Assembly (NCBI GenBank): GCA_038087875.1
Contig: CM075987.1
Coordinates: 21,082,001 to 21,146,000 of the forward strand
Length of the DNA: 64,000 bases
Reading direction: 5' to 3'
Source: Malacoraja senta
Lineage: Eukaryota
Shown here: piece after piece, positions 1-12,809 of the stretch
How the letters are laid out: each line of letters starts with the position of its first letter
Position numbering within the stretch: position 1 is the first letter of the stretch
Notes under the pieces: model-generated
What the model was told of the DNA's origin: nothing
Databases searched by the model: none
The model's input: the letters and a program-made list of their open reading frames with translations, nothing else
Translations under genes and position numbers: made by a program

Positions 1-3000
1 AAAAGGGGCAAGATACTAGCTCAGTTGAAATCATACAACACGGACATTGCGTTTCTACAGGAAACACATCTTAAACAGCAAGATCAGACAAGACTGAGGG
101 CGAACTGGATAGGCCAAACATTTCACTCTTCATTTACCTCCAAATCTAGAGGTACTGCAATTATTATTCGTAAAGGAATTCCATTTAAATCAAAGAACAC
201 TATTTTAGATAAGGAAGGGAGATATCTTATAGTAGCAGGGGAGATCAATAATATGCCAATTACGCTGGTAAACATATATGCGCCCAACTTTGATAACCCT
301 CAATTTTTTAATAAAATTCTGAATATAATTGCAGAATCTAATTATCAAAATGTTATAATCGGAGGAGATTTTAATTGTGTTTTAGATCCTTATTTAGATA
401 AATCGATGCAAAAACAAAAAGGTCAGACGAAATCTAAAACCAGTGAACTCTTACACACATATATGGAAAACACAAATATAACAGATGTATGGAGGATTGC
501 AAACCCGACGGGAAGGGATTACTCGTTTTATTCAATGGTGCATAAAACATATTCACGGATAGACTATTTTCTTGTGGATACAAAATTAATTTCGCAATCT
601 CTGAATCCTAAATATCATATTAATGCGATCTCAGATCATTCTCCGTTAACTTTTGTTCTAAAACTAGAAGGAATGTCTATGAATAAACCGTTCTGGAGGT
701 TTAACTCACAAATTTTAAAAGACCCTCAAGGGAGTATCTATCTAAAAAAACAGATGGATCTATTTTTTGAGTTAAATGATACACCAGAGATATCCCCCAC
801 GTTATTATGGGAATCCTTCAAAGCATTTATAAGAGGAGTCATTATTTCATTTCAAGCTTATCAAAATAAAAAGAATAAGAATGAACAAAGACACTTAGAA
901 GATCAAATAAAACAGTTAGATATAGATAATGCTAAAGACCCAACTATGGATAAACATAATAAAATACTACTACTGAAATTTCAGTTAAATAAATTACTGT
1001 CAGAGAAAGTTATAACATTATTTCAAATCACAAAACAAGAACACTTCGAATTCGGGGACAAACCCCACAAACTTCTAGCACGACAACTTAAAAAACGGGA
1101 AAAAGAGAATGCAATATTAAAGATTAAATCAGATAGAGGGGAAGTATTAACACTACCCAAGGATATTAATAAAAGATTTGCTCAATTTTACCAGAATCTA
1201 TACACATCTAAAACGTCAATAGACAATAATAAAATCTCAGAATTTTTAGATAATTGTAATCTACCACAATTAGAACGCAGGGAACAAGAGGAACTGGGAG
1301 CACAAATTACTTCTAAGGAGATAGAAGACACAATAAAAACACTAAAAAATGGAAAAACACCAGGACCAGACGGATTCAGTAATGAATTTTATAAATCTTT
1401 TTATGATATAGTTACTCCACGATTACAAAAAATGTATACATATGCTTATAAAGAGCAAAACCTACCTGAAACACTAGCGGAATCAACGATCATATTAATA
1501 CTTAAAAAAGATAAAAATATAGAAGAACCAGGATCATATAGAGCTATTGCTTTGTTAAATACGGATCAGAAAATAATAGCAAAAACATTAGCCAATAGAT
1601 TAAGCAAGTATGTTAGTAGACTAATACATGAGGATCAAACAGGATTTATACCTAAGAGACACTCATTTAATAATTTGAGACGTTTGCTTAACATAATGCA
1701 TTCACATAAATCTGATGACCAAGAGTTAGCTATCATCTCACTGGACGCAGAAAAAGCGTTTGATCAAGTAGAATGGGACTATATGATCAAAGTATTGCAA
1801 AAATTCCAATTGGGAGAAAACTTTATTGCATGGATAAAACTACTATATAACAAACCTACGGCTAGAATACTAACTAATAATATATTATCTTCAAAATTCG
1901 AATTATCTAGGGGCAACAGACAAGGATGTTCACTATCACCGCTGTTATTTGCTTTGGTAATTGAACCCCTTGCTGAAAAAATAAGAACACACTCGAATAT
2001 TCACGGTTATAACACAAAATATTCAAACAACAAACTATCCCTATATGCTGATGATGTACTACTGTACATCACAAAACCACAAATTAGTATACCAAATATA
2101 TTAAACTTAATTGAGGACTTTGGATCCTTTTCAGGATATAGAATAAATTGGAACAAAAGTGAAATTATGTCGATTAAACCAAAAGACTCAACACATCTCA
2201 GGAAATTCCCTTTTAAAATAGCTATGGAAAAATTCAAATATTTAGGAATTGAGATTACTAGAAATTACCATGATATGTTTAAAGCTAATTATAATCCCCT
2301 ACTTAAGAAATTAAATAATCTGATTAAATTTTGGAAAACACTTCCGATGTCCTTAATAGGTAGGATAAATGCTATAAAAATGATTTTCTTGCCACAAATC
2401 CTTTACCTATTTCAATCAATACCTATATATCTCCCAAAAAAGTTTTTCAAAAAACTGGACTCAGACATTACAAATTTTATATGGGATTACAAATCCCACA
2501 GAATACAAAGAACACACCTTAACAAACGAAAAGAGTTGGGGGGTCTAGCGCTCCCTAACTTTATGTATTATAACTGGGCAGTAAATATTAAAAATATGAT
2601 TCACCTGCTGGACAATTCTGCCCAGCAGGTGGACTGGATTATAATGGAAAAAGGGGATTGCTCCCCGAATAATATAGGAGCGATTATTCTCTCTCCAATA
2701 AATTTGAATAATAAAAATTATAATAAAAATCCAATTATATATAGCACTATTAGAACATGGAAGCAAATAAAACAGAATCTAAAATTAAGAAACCTATCTC
2801 TCTTAATACCAATAGTCAATAACCCATCGTTTAAACCTTCAATCATAGATAAAGCATTTATACAATGGGAAAGAATGGGAATTAAAACGCTCGAAGATCT
2901 GTATGAATTAGAAAAATTACTATCATTCCAACAACTACAACTGAAATATAATTTGAAAAATAATCAATATTTTAAATATCTACAAATCTGTGACTATTTG

Positions 3001-3714
3001 AAAACACACACAAAAGATTATTATAATATGCCTTCCGACTTACTAGATGAAGCAATGAAGACAAAGGCGGAATCAGTTAATTTAATATCATACTTATATA
3101 ATATCATCTTAAATATAGAAATACCCACAACAGATGGAATTAGAAGAGATTGGGAACAAGATCTAGGTATAAAAATTTCAAAAGAGAGTTGGGATAATCA
3201 TTTATTACAGGTGCATAAATGCTCGATCAACGTACGACATACGCTTATCCAATTTAAAACATTACATAGATTATATTATTCAAAAACCAAACTAAATAAA
3301 ATCTTTCCTAACGTCTCACCAATCTGTGATAAATGTATATGTCAAGAAGCTACCATAGCACATTCTTTTGTTTTTTGTACAAAAATCCAAAAATTCTGGT
3401 TTGAAATATTTGATATTTTTTCAAAATTAATCAAAATAAAACTGGTACCAAAACCAGAATGGATTATTTTTGGAATATCGGAAGGTATTCCTGAATTAAA
3501 CGTGTATCAGAAGAATTTACTCAATTATGGGCTAATAATGGGAAAAAAGCTTATACTTAAATTCTGGAAAAATGCGCCCACACCAACAATAAAAATGTGG
3601 ACATCAAATATGTTGGAAACATTACATCTGGAAGAGATGAGATTCCTCCTAGTAGGCAAAGTAGATCAATTTCAAAAGACGTGGTCTACGTTTTTGGACC
3701 TATTACAAGCATGA
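1..3714 (+). CDS. L1 (LINE-1 clade) ORF2: APE endonuclease + reverse transcriptase + C-terminal cysteine-rich domain; 5' end lies outside the window
   Basis: Frame open from base 1 (KRGKILAQL...) to the TGA at 3714, >1229 aa. APE motifs LQETH, YAPN, GDFN, SRIDYF, SDH. RT motifs PGPDG, DAEKAFD, QGCSLSP, YADD, KYLG. Cys/His motif CDKC...H...C. Confidence 0.95.
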   Translation, partial: KRGKILAQLKSYNTDIAFLQETHLKQQDQTRLRANWIGQTFHSSFTSKSRGTAIIIRKGIPFKSKNTILDKEGRYLIVAGEINNMPITLVNIYAPNFDNPQFFNKILNIIAESNYQNVIIGGDFNCVLDPYLDKSMQKQKGQTKSKTSELLHTYMENTNITDVWRIANPTGRDYSFYSMVHKTYSRIDYFLVDTKLISQSLNPKYHINAISDHSPLTFVLKLEGMSMNKPFWRFNSQILKDPQGSIYLKKQMDLFFELNDTPEISPTLLWESFKAFIRGVIISFQAYQNKKNKNEQRHLEDQIKQLDIDNAKDPTMDKHNKILLLKFQLNKLLSEKVITLFQITKQEHFEFGDKPHKLLARQLKKREKENAILKIKSDRGEVLTLPKDINKRFAQFYQNLYTSKTSIDNNKISEFLDNCNLPQLERREQEELGAQITSKEIEDTIKTLKNGKTPGPDGFSNEFYKSFYDIVTPRLQKMYTYAYKEQNLPETLAESTIILILKKDKNIEEPGSYRAIALLNTDQKIIAKTLANRLSKYVSRLIHEDQTGFIPKRHSFNNLRRLLNIMHSHKSDDQELAIISLDAEKAFDQVEWDYMIKVLQKFQLGENFIAWIKLLYNKPTARILTNNILSSKFELSRGNRQGCSLSPLLFALVIEPLAEKIRTHSNIHGYNTKYSNNKLSLYADDVLLYITKPQISIPNILNLIEDFGSFSGYRINWNKSEIMSIKPKDSTHLRKFPFKIAMEKFKYLGIEITRNYHDMFKANYNPLLKKLNNLIKFWKTLPMSLIGRINAIKMIFLPQILYLFQSIPIYLPKKFFKKLDSDITNFIWDYKSHRIQRTHLNKRKELGGLALPNFMYYNWAVNIKNMIHLLDNSAQQVDWIIMEKGDCSPNNIGAIILSPINLNNKNYNKNPIIYSTIRTWKQIKQNLKLRNLSLLIPIVNNPSFKPSIIDKAFIQWERMGIKTLEDLYELEKLLSFQQLQLKYNLKNNQYFKYLQICDYLKTHTKDYYNMPSDLLDEAMKTKAESVNLISYLYNIILNIEIPTTDGIRRDWEQDLGIKISKESWDNHLLQVHKCSINVRHTLIQFKTLHRLYYSKTKLNKIFPNVSPICDKCICQEATIAHSFVFCTKIQKFWFEIFDIFSKLIKIKLVPKPEWIIFGISEGIPELNVYQKNLLNYGLIMGKKLILKFWKNAPTPTIKMWTSNMLETLHLEEMRFLLVGKVDQFQKTWSTFLDLLQA

Positions 3715-4123
3715 GGTGCAATAGTAATTTAGAAAAACAAATAAATAAATAAAAGGTATCTGGACCTGGTAATGGGAGGTAAAATAAAAACAGACTTGGT
3801 TGGTAGTTCCTTCTCTACGAAGTATGGTATAAGAATTATAATAGAGCGATTGTTCCTTCTTTCTTTCTCTTTTTTTTTCTAGGGTCTATTTTCTAACTTT
3901 ACTTCCTTCTCTAACTTCTTTTCTAAGGGGCTTTCTTTTCCCAACACTCTTTTGCACTTCACAACCTTTGTGCACTTTCTTCACTTTTCTTACTTCTTTC
4001 TTTTTCTTTCTTAAAGTTTAAAAAAGTGAAGCGGTACAAAAAATGTATTAATATATACGTGTTGTACATTACTGTAATCTACCGTACTTCTAAAAAATAA
4101 AAAATAAAAAATAAAAAAAAAAA
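1..4123 (+). mobile_element. Young L1 retrotransposon (ORF2, T-rich 3' UTR, A-rich tail)
   Basis: ORF2 is followed by a ~375 nt pyrimidine-rich UTR and a (TAAAAAA)n/poly-A tail at 4091-4123. Confidence 0.93.
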
Positions 4124-4530
4124 GCTTTGGGATGTTTTTAATCCAACTTGCCAAATCCATTTAGTGGCCTCTTTTAGTCCCTTTCGCCCACTAGAGATTT
4201 TTTCCTCCTTTCTTTATATTCCTCAAAGGCCCTGTCTGATTCCAACCTCTCAAGCCTTGCATACGCTTCCTTTTCCTTTTTGACCAAATTTACAACCTCT
4301 TTGAAGGTTCCCTTACATTACCATCCTTATCCCTCCTCTTTACTGGAACATTGCCGGTTCTGAACATTGATCAAATGGCCTCTAAACATCTCCCACATAT
4401 TTGATGTGGACTTACCAGATAACAATTGTTCCCTCCCGAGCTCCTGCCAAATAACATTGCAGTTTGCTTCACTCCAATTAGCACCTTTCCACAATGCCCA
4501 GTCTTCTCCCTGTTCAAAACAATCTTAAAA
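4124..4530 (-). mobile_element. Degraded CR1 LINE ORF2 fragment, probable host of the L1 insertion
   Basis: The reverse complement resembles the CR1 region between APE and RT (compare 53750-54160). Many substitutions. Confidence 0.5.
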
Positions 4531-6040
4531 TGTATAGAATGTAATAAAAAGGAACTGCAGATGCTGGTTTATACCAAAGATTGTTACAAAATGCTGGAGT
4601 AACTCAGTTGTGATCACGTCGAAGTCGAGGGGAATTCTGCATGATTTCCTGGATAAGGTCATTTTTTCGACTAGCATCATCAGAACAAGCTATCTTTTCA
4701 TTCTCACATTACCCTTTGTGGAAACTTGCTGTCCCTAAATTGTTTGCTGCGTTTACAATAGTAACTCCGCTTTAAATGTACACCATTAGCTGTAAAGTAC
4801 AGTGGGACACGCTGAAGGTGTGAAATGTAGCGTATAAATTCAAGCTCTTCATTAACTATGTGTGATATGCATTAGTTCCTAGGAAGGAATACCACTTTAT
4901 TTCTAAAGAACAGATGTTTGCAACAAGGTACAGGTCCTTTGGACATGATTCTGAAGAATCTGCCAGGGTCCTGTCTCATTAAATTCAGCTGTAAACCAAG
5001 ATCAAAACAGAATAAAATCAACAGAATACATTTTCTCAGTGCATTCTGACTCATAAAGCAGCACGGTGTAAATTTTAAAGTCTTTAAGTGCTTCTAAGTG
5101 CCTTCAATCAAGTCATGAGGTTTATATTAAATATGGATTATTTCATTCAATCCACTTTGGTTTCTAAGAACAGGCTTTGATTCTTCAATTTGAGCTTCTT
5201 AGTTTCAACATCATCAATTCATATCTGAATTCCTTGGCTTTTCATCTCACTCCCCTCTTACATAATTCTAAACCTGCTTATTTATCTTCTCTCACTTCCT
5301 GTCATTCCTGCCACGACCTCTCCTGTGCCACTTTTACTCCTTACCGCATCAATCTTATTAGGTTAATTATATGGTTTTCTGAGCCAATGTTCCACTCAAC
5401 ACATCCTCAGCAGCGTTGAGGCAATGTTGCACTGCTAGAGATATTTTTTTAGATGGTATGTTAATTCTATGTCTGGTCGTTCCTTTCGTTCCAGATGTTT
5501 TTGTTGGTCAACAGACACAATTTCATAGAGTTGCACCTGCTGGGCTCAAAGCAATTTGTATCAGACCTTCTGGTAATTATCACATTGCCATATAGGGTTC
5601 TTGCTGTTGCAAAATATGTGTCATGTTATGGAGTAGACAGTCATACTCGTTATTAGCATAGCAGCTGCATCTACACGCTCTTGAGAGCATAAAGAAAAGG
5701 GAAAAAGTCATATTTGCTTAGTGCCTTGCAATACTTAAGGATATGCCAAAATAAAATTAGGAAAACAGTCTGCATGCTCTCAAGGACAGAATACAGAAGA
5801 TGTTCTAATTAAGGAGATTGAGAGGATTAACAATGGTGTAGATGGAGTGAAGCCTTCGCTCAGATGGGTAAATTCAGACCAAGTGCGTGTACATGTAAAA
5901 TTAGAGCTAGAGTATGCAGGGGTAATATCAAAAAGCATTTCACACAAAGAGTATTAGAAATATGAGAAATATCTCCATGTGAAGTTGTTGAGGCTGGGCA
6001 GTCAATTGTAAATGACTAAATAACAAGACTTTTATTAGTA

Positions 6041-6268
6041 CATAAAGTGCTGGAGTAACTCAGCGGATCAGGCATGCATCTGTGGAGGGAATGGACAGAC
6101 GATATTTCGGGTCGGGACTCATCTTCAGACTCTAGAAGGGTCCTGACCCGAAACGTCACCTATCTAATTCCTCCATAGATGCTGCCTCAATGCTGCCTGA
6201 CCCACTGAGTTACTCCTGCACTTTATGTTTTGCTTAAGATTCCTGGATCTACGGTTCCTTCAGTCTCC
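6041..6268. mobile_element. Head-to-head pair of Penelope-derived terminal units (fold-back) inside an old CR1 3' end
   Basis: cataaagtgctggagtaactcagc... (6041) is mirrored by ...ctgagttactcctgcactttatg (6227). The centre carries ttcgggtcgggactcatcttcag / gaagggtcctgacccgaaacgtc. Confidence 0.8.
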
Positions 6269-6493
6269 AAAACTTTTATTGGATGCAGACATAAAGGGTT
6301 TATGAAACTGAAGCAGAAGATGGAATGGAGACACAGATCAACCATGATCTAAATGAATGGTGGAACATGTTTGAGGCGTGAATGGTCTCTTCCCTCAGGC
6401 TCCATGTACTAAGGGTTCAATGTTGCTTCTGATTTCTATAAAAGACCCAGCAACATGAGAATCCTAATTAACCAAAACCTTTCCTTGTTGCAG

Positions 6494-6958
6494 AAGCTGA
6501 GCTGTGGCTACGTGCTATGTATGGTCCTGCTCTTTCTGGCAGTGTTACTGGCTGTGGCAGTAACAGGAACCCTCCTCTTCCTCAACCACTATCACCATGG
6601 CACGGAAGCACCACCTCTCATCAGCACCAACCAGGACAAGACACAGGCTCTGGTTACCATAGACCAGGCTGACAGCTCAAGGATTAGCATCTTTGTGGAC
6701 CCCAACTGCCCGGATTACAAGACAGACTTGGACCGCTTGGAAGGACTCCACTCATCGGTTCTCACTGCCGTGTCCAGCCATGGGGAGGAGATGGGGGCAA
6801 CTGAAGGGCAGGATATGGCGATGCAGGTCACAGTGGCAGATCAAGTGTCCAAGCTTTCGGCCCAACTGAGGCAGGATTATGAGGCCTTGAAACAGGGCCA
6901 AGGCAGCTTGAGACAGGAACTGAAATCACTCCAGTCAGAGCAAGGCAGGTTAATTGAG
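6494..6958 (+). CDS. FIBCD1: FIBCD1 coding exon (human exon 2 equivalent): transmembrane helix and coiled-coil stalk
   Basis: ttccttgttgcag acceptor; 465 nt, phase 0/0; KLSCGYVLCMVLLFLAVLLAVAVTGTLLFLNH...DPNCPD...LQSEQGRLIE; GAG|gtaagg donor. Matches the recalled FIBCD1 N-terminal half. Confidence 0.93.
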
Positions 6959-7729
6959 GTAAGGCAATGAGATCAACCCCCATTCCTGGATTGAAGCACT
7001 CGGAAGCTCAATTCACAGTTCACCCTAAAGCCTGTCAGGTCAGGCAAGTTTTTAACTCACTGACATTGCTATCTACCTTCTATGTCCATTGGCAGCTGTT
7101 CTTTGCAACATCACAGTATAGGATATCCCTTAAGTCGTTTGTATAACTTAAATGTGAAGAGGCTTGAAAATCTGGGGTTGTGATCATTTCAACTGAGAAG
7201 TTGTAAGGGTGACTTAAAATCAAGAAGGGTTTGACAGAGTAAAATGGAAACTTTTCTCACTGTCGCAATAGTTGGAGGCAAAACAGACTTAATAAATTTG
7301 GAAAAACACCCAGAGGGAAAATGTAGAGAATCAATTTTATGACCTGGAAAGCTCTCCCTGAAGGGAAATAAAATGCGGGGATGCAGTGGAAATGGATAAG
7401 GGAGAGAGGAATGCAGGCTGCCAGTCTGATGAACTACTTTCCGTCTCATATAATTCTCCAGTAATTTATATTATTCTCCACTGTGGCTTCTGTATTGACA
7501 TAATGTCATATTTCCACAGTAACAGGGGGCCAAATTCACAAAGCAGGATCAGGTTAATGTGACCAAATAATTGGTGATGATAGCAAGCAGTTTCATTGCT
7601 GGAATATTGGCTCATGAGTTGAAGGATCGTACTTGAATCATGGTTTTGGCATAGGAGAATTAGTGGCCTATTTTACGGTCTGTTGAAGACAATTACAGTA
7701 TGTCCCAGCGGATTAGCCCTCTTACCTTG

Positions 7730-7870
7730 GACTCAGAAGGCACACTGCAGAGACTTGAGCACAAATTCCGTCTGTCATTCCCTCTGCAGTACCAAAAGAG
7801 ATTTACGCTTTTGGATATTCTATCTTTTGGATGAGACGGTAAACCAAGGCCACACCTGCCCTCAGTAAAC
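7730..7870 (+). mobile_element. Old DeuSINE (SacSINE1/AmnSINE-like) fragment
   Basis: cactgcagagacttgagcacaaatt...ttttggatgagacggtaaaccaagg resembles the Deu core. Related copies lie near 5390-5480, 13985-14100 and 22130-22255. Confidence 0.55.
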
Positions 7871-9062
7871 TCGCCAACACTGTTTGGACAAGTAGAGCAT
7901 GTTTCCCTGCAATTCTGCACAATATTAAAAAAATATTCATCTATATAACAGACAACCTGAAATATAGCAAACAACCTGACTATTTTTTCAAATATACTTT
8001 GAAATCTTAATGGAAATGAATTGTTCAAAATTCTTACTTCTTAAATTCACTCTCAAATGATGGGGGTCATCATGCAAGGCCAGCAATTATAACGACTGCC
8101 TTCGAGTAGGTGATGGTGAGCTGCAGCAGTCCTTAGTATGTACGTCCTTCAGAGCTGTTAGATTTGGATATCCAAGATTTTGATCCAATTATGGTAAATA
8201 AATGGCATTAAAATTCCACATTATAATGGTGAGACTTAAAGGGACACTTGGAGATGATGGCACCTCCATCTGGTTGCTACCCTCGTGCTTCCAGGTGATG
8301 AAGTTCATAGGTATGTAAGATTTCTCGTAAAGAAAAGTGGTAATTTTCTACATTGCATTTTTGGCTGGAGTGTGGTGCATACGCATGGTAGGCTGATAGT
8401 GATGAGAGCTAATCTTTCGGGACTGATCAAGAGGGCTGCTCTGTCCTGAATAGCTTAGGGCTTCATGAGTGTTATGGCTGCTGCAGTCACCCTGGCAAGT
8501 AGACATTGGTACATCACATTCTTGATTCCTGTCTTTAGATGTTAGAAAGGCATTGGCAATTCATAAGTGACATAAAGCAGGATACCGAGCACCCAACCAG
8601 CTCTTATAACCTTATGATTTCTATGGTTGTTCCAGTTAGACTTCCCTTTAGCGGTCCCCTTGGGCTATCCATAGTGGGATTATTTATCTTCTAAGGAGGT
8701 CAAATATAATTTAACATTATCATTAACAATGCAGCAATGGACAGTCGGCTTTAGGGGAACAACTGTACTAATATCCTGGGACCTCAGGTAGCTAGGTATA
8801 CTTATGGATTTAAAATAATTTCTGCCAGATCCTGCACTGCTATTAATTAAACAAAAAAATAGAGATCGGGGCAGATGGAGAGAGTAATGAAAGGTCTGCT
8901 GGGTTCTCTGATCAGTGTTAGAAAATAGGGCATGTTGGACATTTTATGTTCAGAGAGTGAGGTGTGATATTACAGGCAAGGTATATGACTCCTCTAGGAA
9001 TAAGGCCAACAAGAGTTGACAACACCTAAATCTTCCTATTATACCGTTTCTCTTCCCCATAG

Positions 9063-9219
9063 CTGCTCTCAGAGAGTCAAATAAACTTGGTTAACGTCAT
9101 CGGTTCGATGACAGATGCACTGGATTCTCTCCAGAGAGAACAAGGAGCCTTAAAGCCCCATGTGAAGGCAAATCTGGTGAAAGGACCAACTAGACATCGC
9201 CCCAAGCATTGCCCAAATG
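9063..9219 (+). CDS. FIBCD1: FIBCD1 coding exon (exon 3 equivalent); not in the ORF track
   Basis: tctcttccccatag acceptor; 157 nt, phase 0/1; LLSESQINLVNVIGSMTDALDSLQREQGALKPHVKANLVKGPTRHRPKHCPN; G|gtaagt donor. Phases join the flanking exons correctly. Confidence 0.92.
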
Positions 9220-9549
9220 GTAAGTGTGACTGGCACTCACATCATTGCTTTCCCTAACACCTTGCTCATCCAGCCCCATCTGGCAATCATTCTGCCGCAC
9301 TTTCGTGCAACTCATCCTACCCATGTTTCTCCAATTCTGAAGGAGAGAAAGGGATTAAGAAATGAAGATAATAATTGTATTTACATTGAGTCTTTATTAA
9401 CCTAAAGATATCCCAAAGCACTTTACTCCTAAAGCATTGTCGTCATTATTGCATGTAGAAAATGTGTAGCATGCAAATTATACCCAGCAGGAAATCACAA
9501 ACAACAATGTGCTGATAACCAAATAACTGTTTTAATGAGATAAAAGACA

Positions 9550-10325
9550 AACTGCGGATGGAAATTACCTGGTCAGGCAGCATCAGTAGAGGGAAATGGA
9601 CAGATGATGTTTCAGGTCTGGACTCTTCTTCAGAGTGATGGAATAGTGGGGAGATAGCTGCCATAAACAGGTGAGGAGAAAGGGTGGACCAAGAGGTGGC
9701 AAGTAATAGGTCGATCCAAGTAAGGAGAGATGATTGACAAATGAGTCAGAGAAGGGTAGAGATGGTAATCGAGGCTCCGGGACAACCCCTTCCCCTCACA
9801 GCTGCCTCCACTCTACTCCGTCAGTCTGAAGAAGGGTCCCAACTTGAAACATCATCTGTCCATTTCCTCGGCTGGTGCCTGACCCATTAATTTCCTCCAG
9901 TGGAGGACAAAAGGGTGCAAATGGTAGAATCTGGTATGGAAGGTGGGGCAGTAAAATGCAGTACCAGAGAGAGGGAGGGGGACGGGAGCGAGAGTGGGAC
10001 ACTGGAGTATGAGGGGTGGGTGATGAGTGGATGGAGGAGGAAAAATGATCTGGGTGATGGAGGTGGGGGAAGTGGAAAGAAAATTATGTGCAATGTTGTT
10101 GGGAAGCTGGGTAGATGAGGAGAGTGCACGTGTGTGTGTGGGGGGGAGAAGAATGTTCATGCAATTAGAATATGAGGCATTGTTCTTCCAGTTTGCATGT
10201 AGACTCACTCTTGCATTGAAGGAGGCCAGGGACAGATAGGCCAGCATGGGAAAGAGAGGGGGAATTAAAGTAGTTAGCATCCAGGAACGCTAGTTGGCCT
10301 TGATTGACATAGTGCAGGTGTTTGT
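9550..10325. mobile_element. Rearranged Penelope-like element fragments (terminal units in both orientations, GIY-YIG C-terminal remnant)
   Basis: Minus unit 9550-9635; plus unit cagtctgaagaagggtcccaacttgaaacatc at 9822-9853; purine-rich spacer; 10150-10325 is similar to 36420-36630. Confidence 0.65.
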
Positions 10326-10509
10326 GAAGTATTTTAATAAAATTGATTGATCAAAAAATATTAATCATGAGTTTGAGAAGAGCTAGTCATTAAAATACTG
10401 CCATAGGGTCTTTTAAATCCAACTGAAAGATGACATGTTATCTGTTGAATATTTGTGGAAACAAGAGAGTACATATTTTCCCTAGTATCAATAGTGTCAC
10501 AAGTATCAG

Positions 10510-11430
10510 CCTATGACATGAAAAAAGTAATGGGCCATTCAGCCCGCTCATTCTTGCTTCACCATTCAATAAAATTATACCAGATCTTAGATATCATTCC
10601 TAGATGATCCCAACATTCCTTGATTCCCTTAATGTCCAAAAATATTTGATCATGAATATTAGTTAGTGATGAGTTTACACATTCTGTATGGATAGCAAAT
10701 TCCAAAAATTCATCTCCTTTTGAATGAATTAAAATGATTTCATTGTTCCTGAACAGTTAATTTCTTATTTTGAAACTGTGGCCCCTGTATCTAGGCACCT
10801 CGGGAAGGAGAAGCATCAATTCCACACTCCTTCATCAAACTATTAAAAAATTCTGAACATTTCAGCGAGTTCATCGCTCATTCGTCTGAACTCCAAAGAG
10901 CTTTGGCTCAGTTAGATTTTTATCTCCTCATATGACAAACCCTTCATTCAAGCAATCAATCTGACCCAGATATTCACGCACAAGATCACCTGCCCTCTGA
11001 ACCTGTCATTCCCTCAACATTTAAAAAATAACCTTTTCTACCAAAGTGGGTGACTTTATGTTCTTTCATGTTATTTTCCACCTGCTGTGTTCTTGCCCAT
11101 TCACTTAGTCTGTTGATATTCTCTGAAGCCTCTTTGTATCCTCACAGAGCATACTGTTAACTAGTTTTATATCATTACCAAACTTGGGTTCAGTACACTT
11201 GATATTCTTATCCATATCAATGATAGATTGTGAACCGACGGGGCTCTAGCACTGATCCCTGCAGCACTCTGTTGGATTCAGCTTCACAACCCAAAAATGA
11301 CCTGTTTATTTATATTTGATTTCTCTCGATTAACCAATCCTCAATCCTTGCCAGCATAAAACATCCAAATGCCACAAACTCCAATATTGTTTAATAAACA
11401 TGTGGAATCTTTCCAAACAAACAGGAATAT
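10510..11430 (-). mobile_element. Degraded CR1 LINE 3' part
   Basis: The reverse complement follows the CR1 RT C-terminus and 3' UTR (compare 54880-55880). Confidence 0.65.
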
Positions 11431-12809
11431 ATAAAATGTATCCTTGCAATTTAAGAACAGTGAGAAAAAAATGATCTTTTGATTAGTTAGTCTAACATCA
11501 AAAGCAGGGAATATGTTGTTATCTATTATTAAGGAAGTGGTAACAGAGTGCTTGGAAAATGATAAGTGGACTGACAGAGACTGTGTGGATGTACAAAAGA
11601 GAAATTGTGTGACAAATTCACTGGAATTTTTTGATCTCACACTCACACAATGTCCATCAATGTCAAACTCACTCTATGTCCATCAACCCGAGATAAGTAA
11701 TAACAATATTTGAATATATATTGACCACACGGAGTATAATAAAAATGTCTCAATGTGCCTCAAATGAACAAAATGAAACAAAGTTGACACGGTGACATGA
11801 GTCATTTAAGACAAATGATCAAATTTTGGGGTCAAAAAGGTAGTTATTTAGGAAGACAAAGATTCAGGGAGGACATTTCAGAGCTTAGGATCTGGCCATC
11901 TGAAAACGAAGGTAAGTTGAAGAGCCAGAATGGTCAGGATTGCAGGACCACAGAGATCTCAGCAAATTGTAGGGTGGGAAGAAGAGGTTACAGAGAAAGA
12001 CAGAGATAAAGCTAAGAAGTGGTTTGAGGACAATTTTAAATTCACAGCATTTCTCGACAAGGAGCCAATATAAGTCAACATACTCAGAGTTGATGAGAGA
12101 AGATGAAATGGTGTGAGTTAGGAAAGCAGAGATTTGGATGAGCTTAAGTCTGGAGAGGATTATAAATAAGAAGCTGATGAAGAAAGCATTACAATAGAGG
12201 ACATGACAGCGTAGTAGTCAATGCTGCTTCACAGCTCCAGGAACTCTCGTTTGATCTATGTGAAAAAAAATCTGACGATGAGCATGTGTGAGAGAATTTC
12301 AATTTCATGAGTAAACAGAAATAAGGAGAGGGAGAATGGGACTAATGGGATTGCTCCCCCGGGAGCCAGTATTGACTTGAAGAACTATGTCGCCCCTTTA
12401 TGTTATACACAAGGCAAAGTATTTAAGCATGAGGTAAAAAAAGTCGGATTAGGAATATTTTCGTTAGTTCTTTGATGGCCCACAGGATTTTAAATCACCA
12501 TAAAGCATTTACAGTATAGACATTATATATTTATGCAGTGCAGCGTGGGTGTTTGATTTGTGAGAAGCAGGTGTATGCCCCATTTAAAGGTGATAATTGC
12601 AGAAATATATTTAAAGCAAAAAGTGTCTATGAATCTGTATATAAAGCCAAAATCTGGTGCCATCTTACCATCTGTCTCCATTTATTACATTTATTAATCG
12701 AGACAGAATCAATCCACTCAAAGTTATTTAGCGCACGCATGCTTGTCTTCTTTGGTCAGGGCATTGAGTACAAGAGTTGAGAAGTTATACTACAACTGAA
12801 CACATCACT

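Noticed and set aside
6455..6493. In-frame ATG extension (MRILINQNLSLLQ) of the FIBCD1 ORF
   Set aside because: It runs through a polypyrimidine tract and cag acceptor, and similarity to FIBCD1 begins only at 6494. More likely intron read-through.
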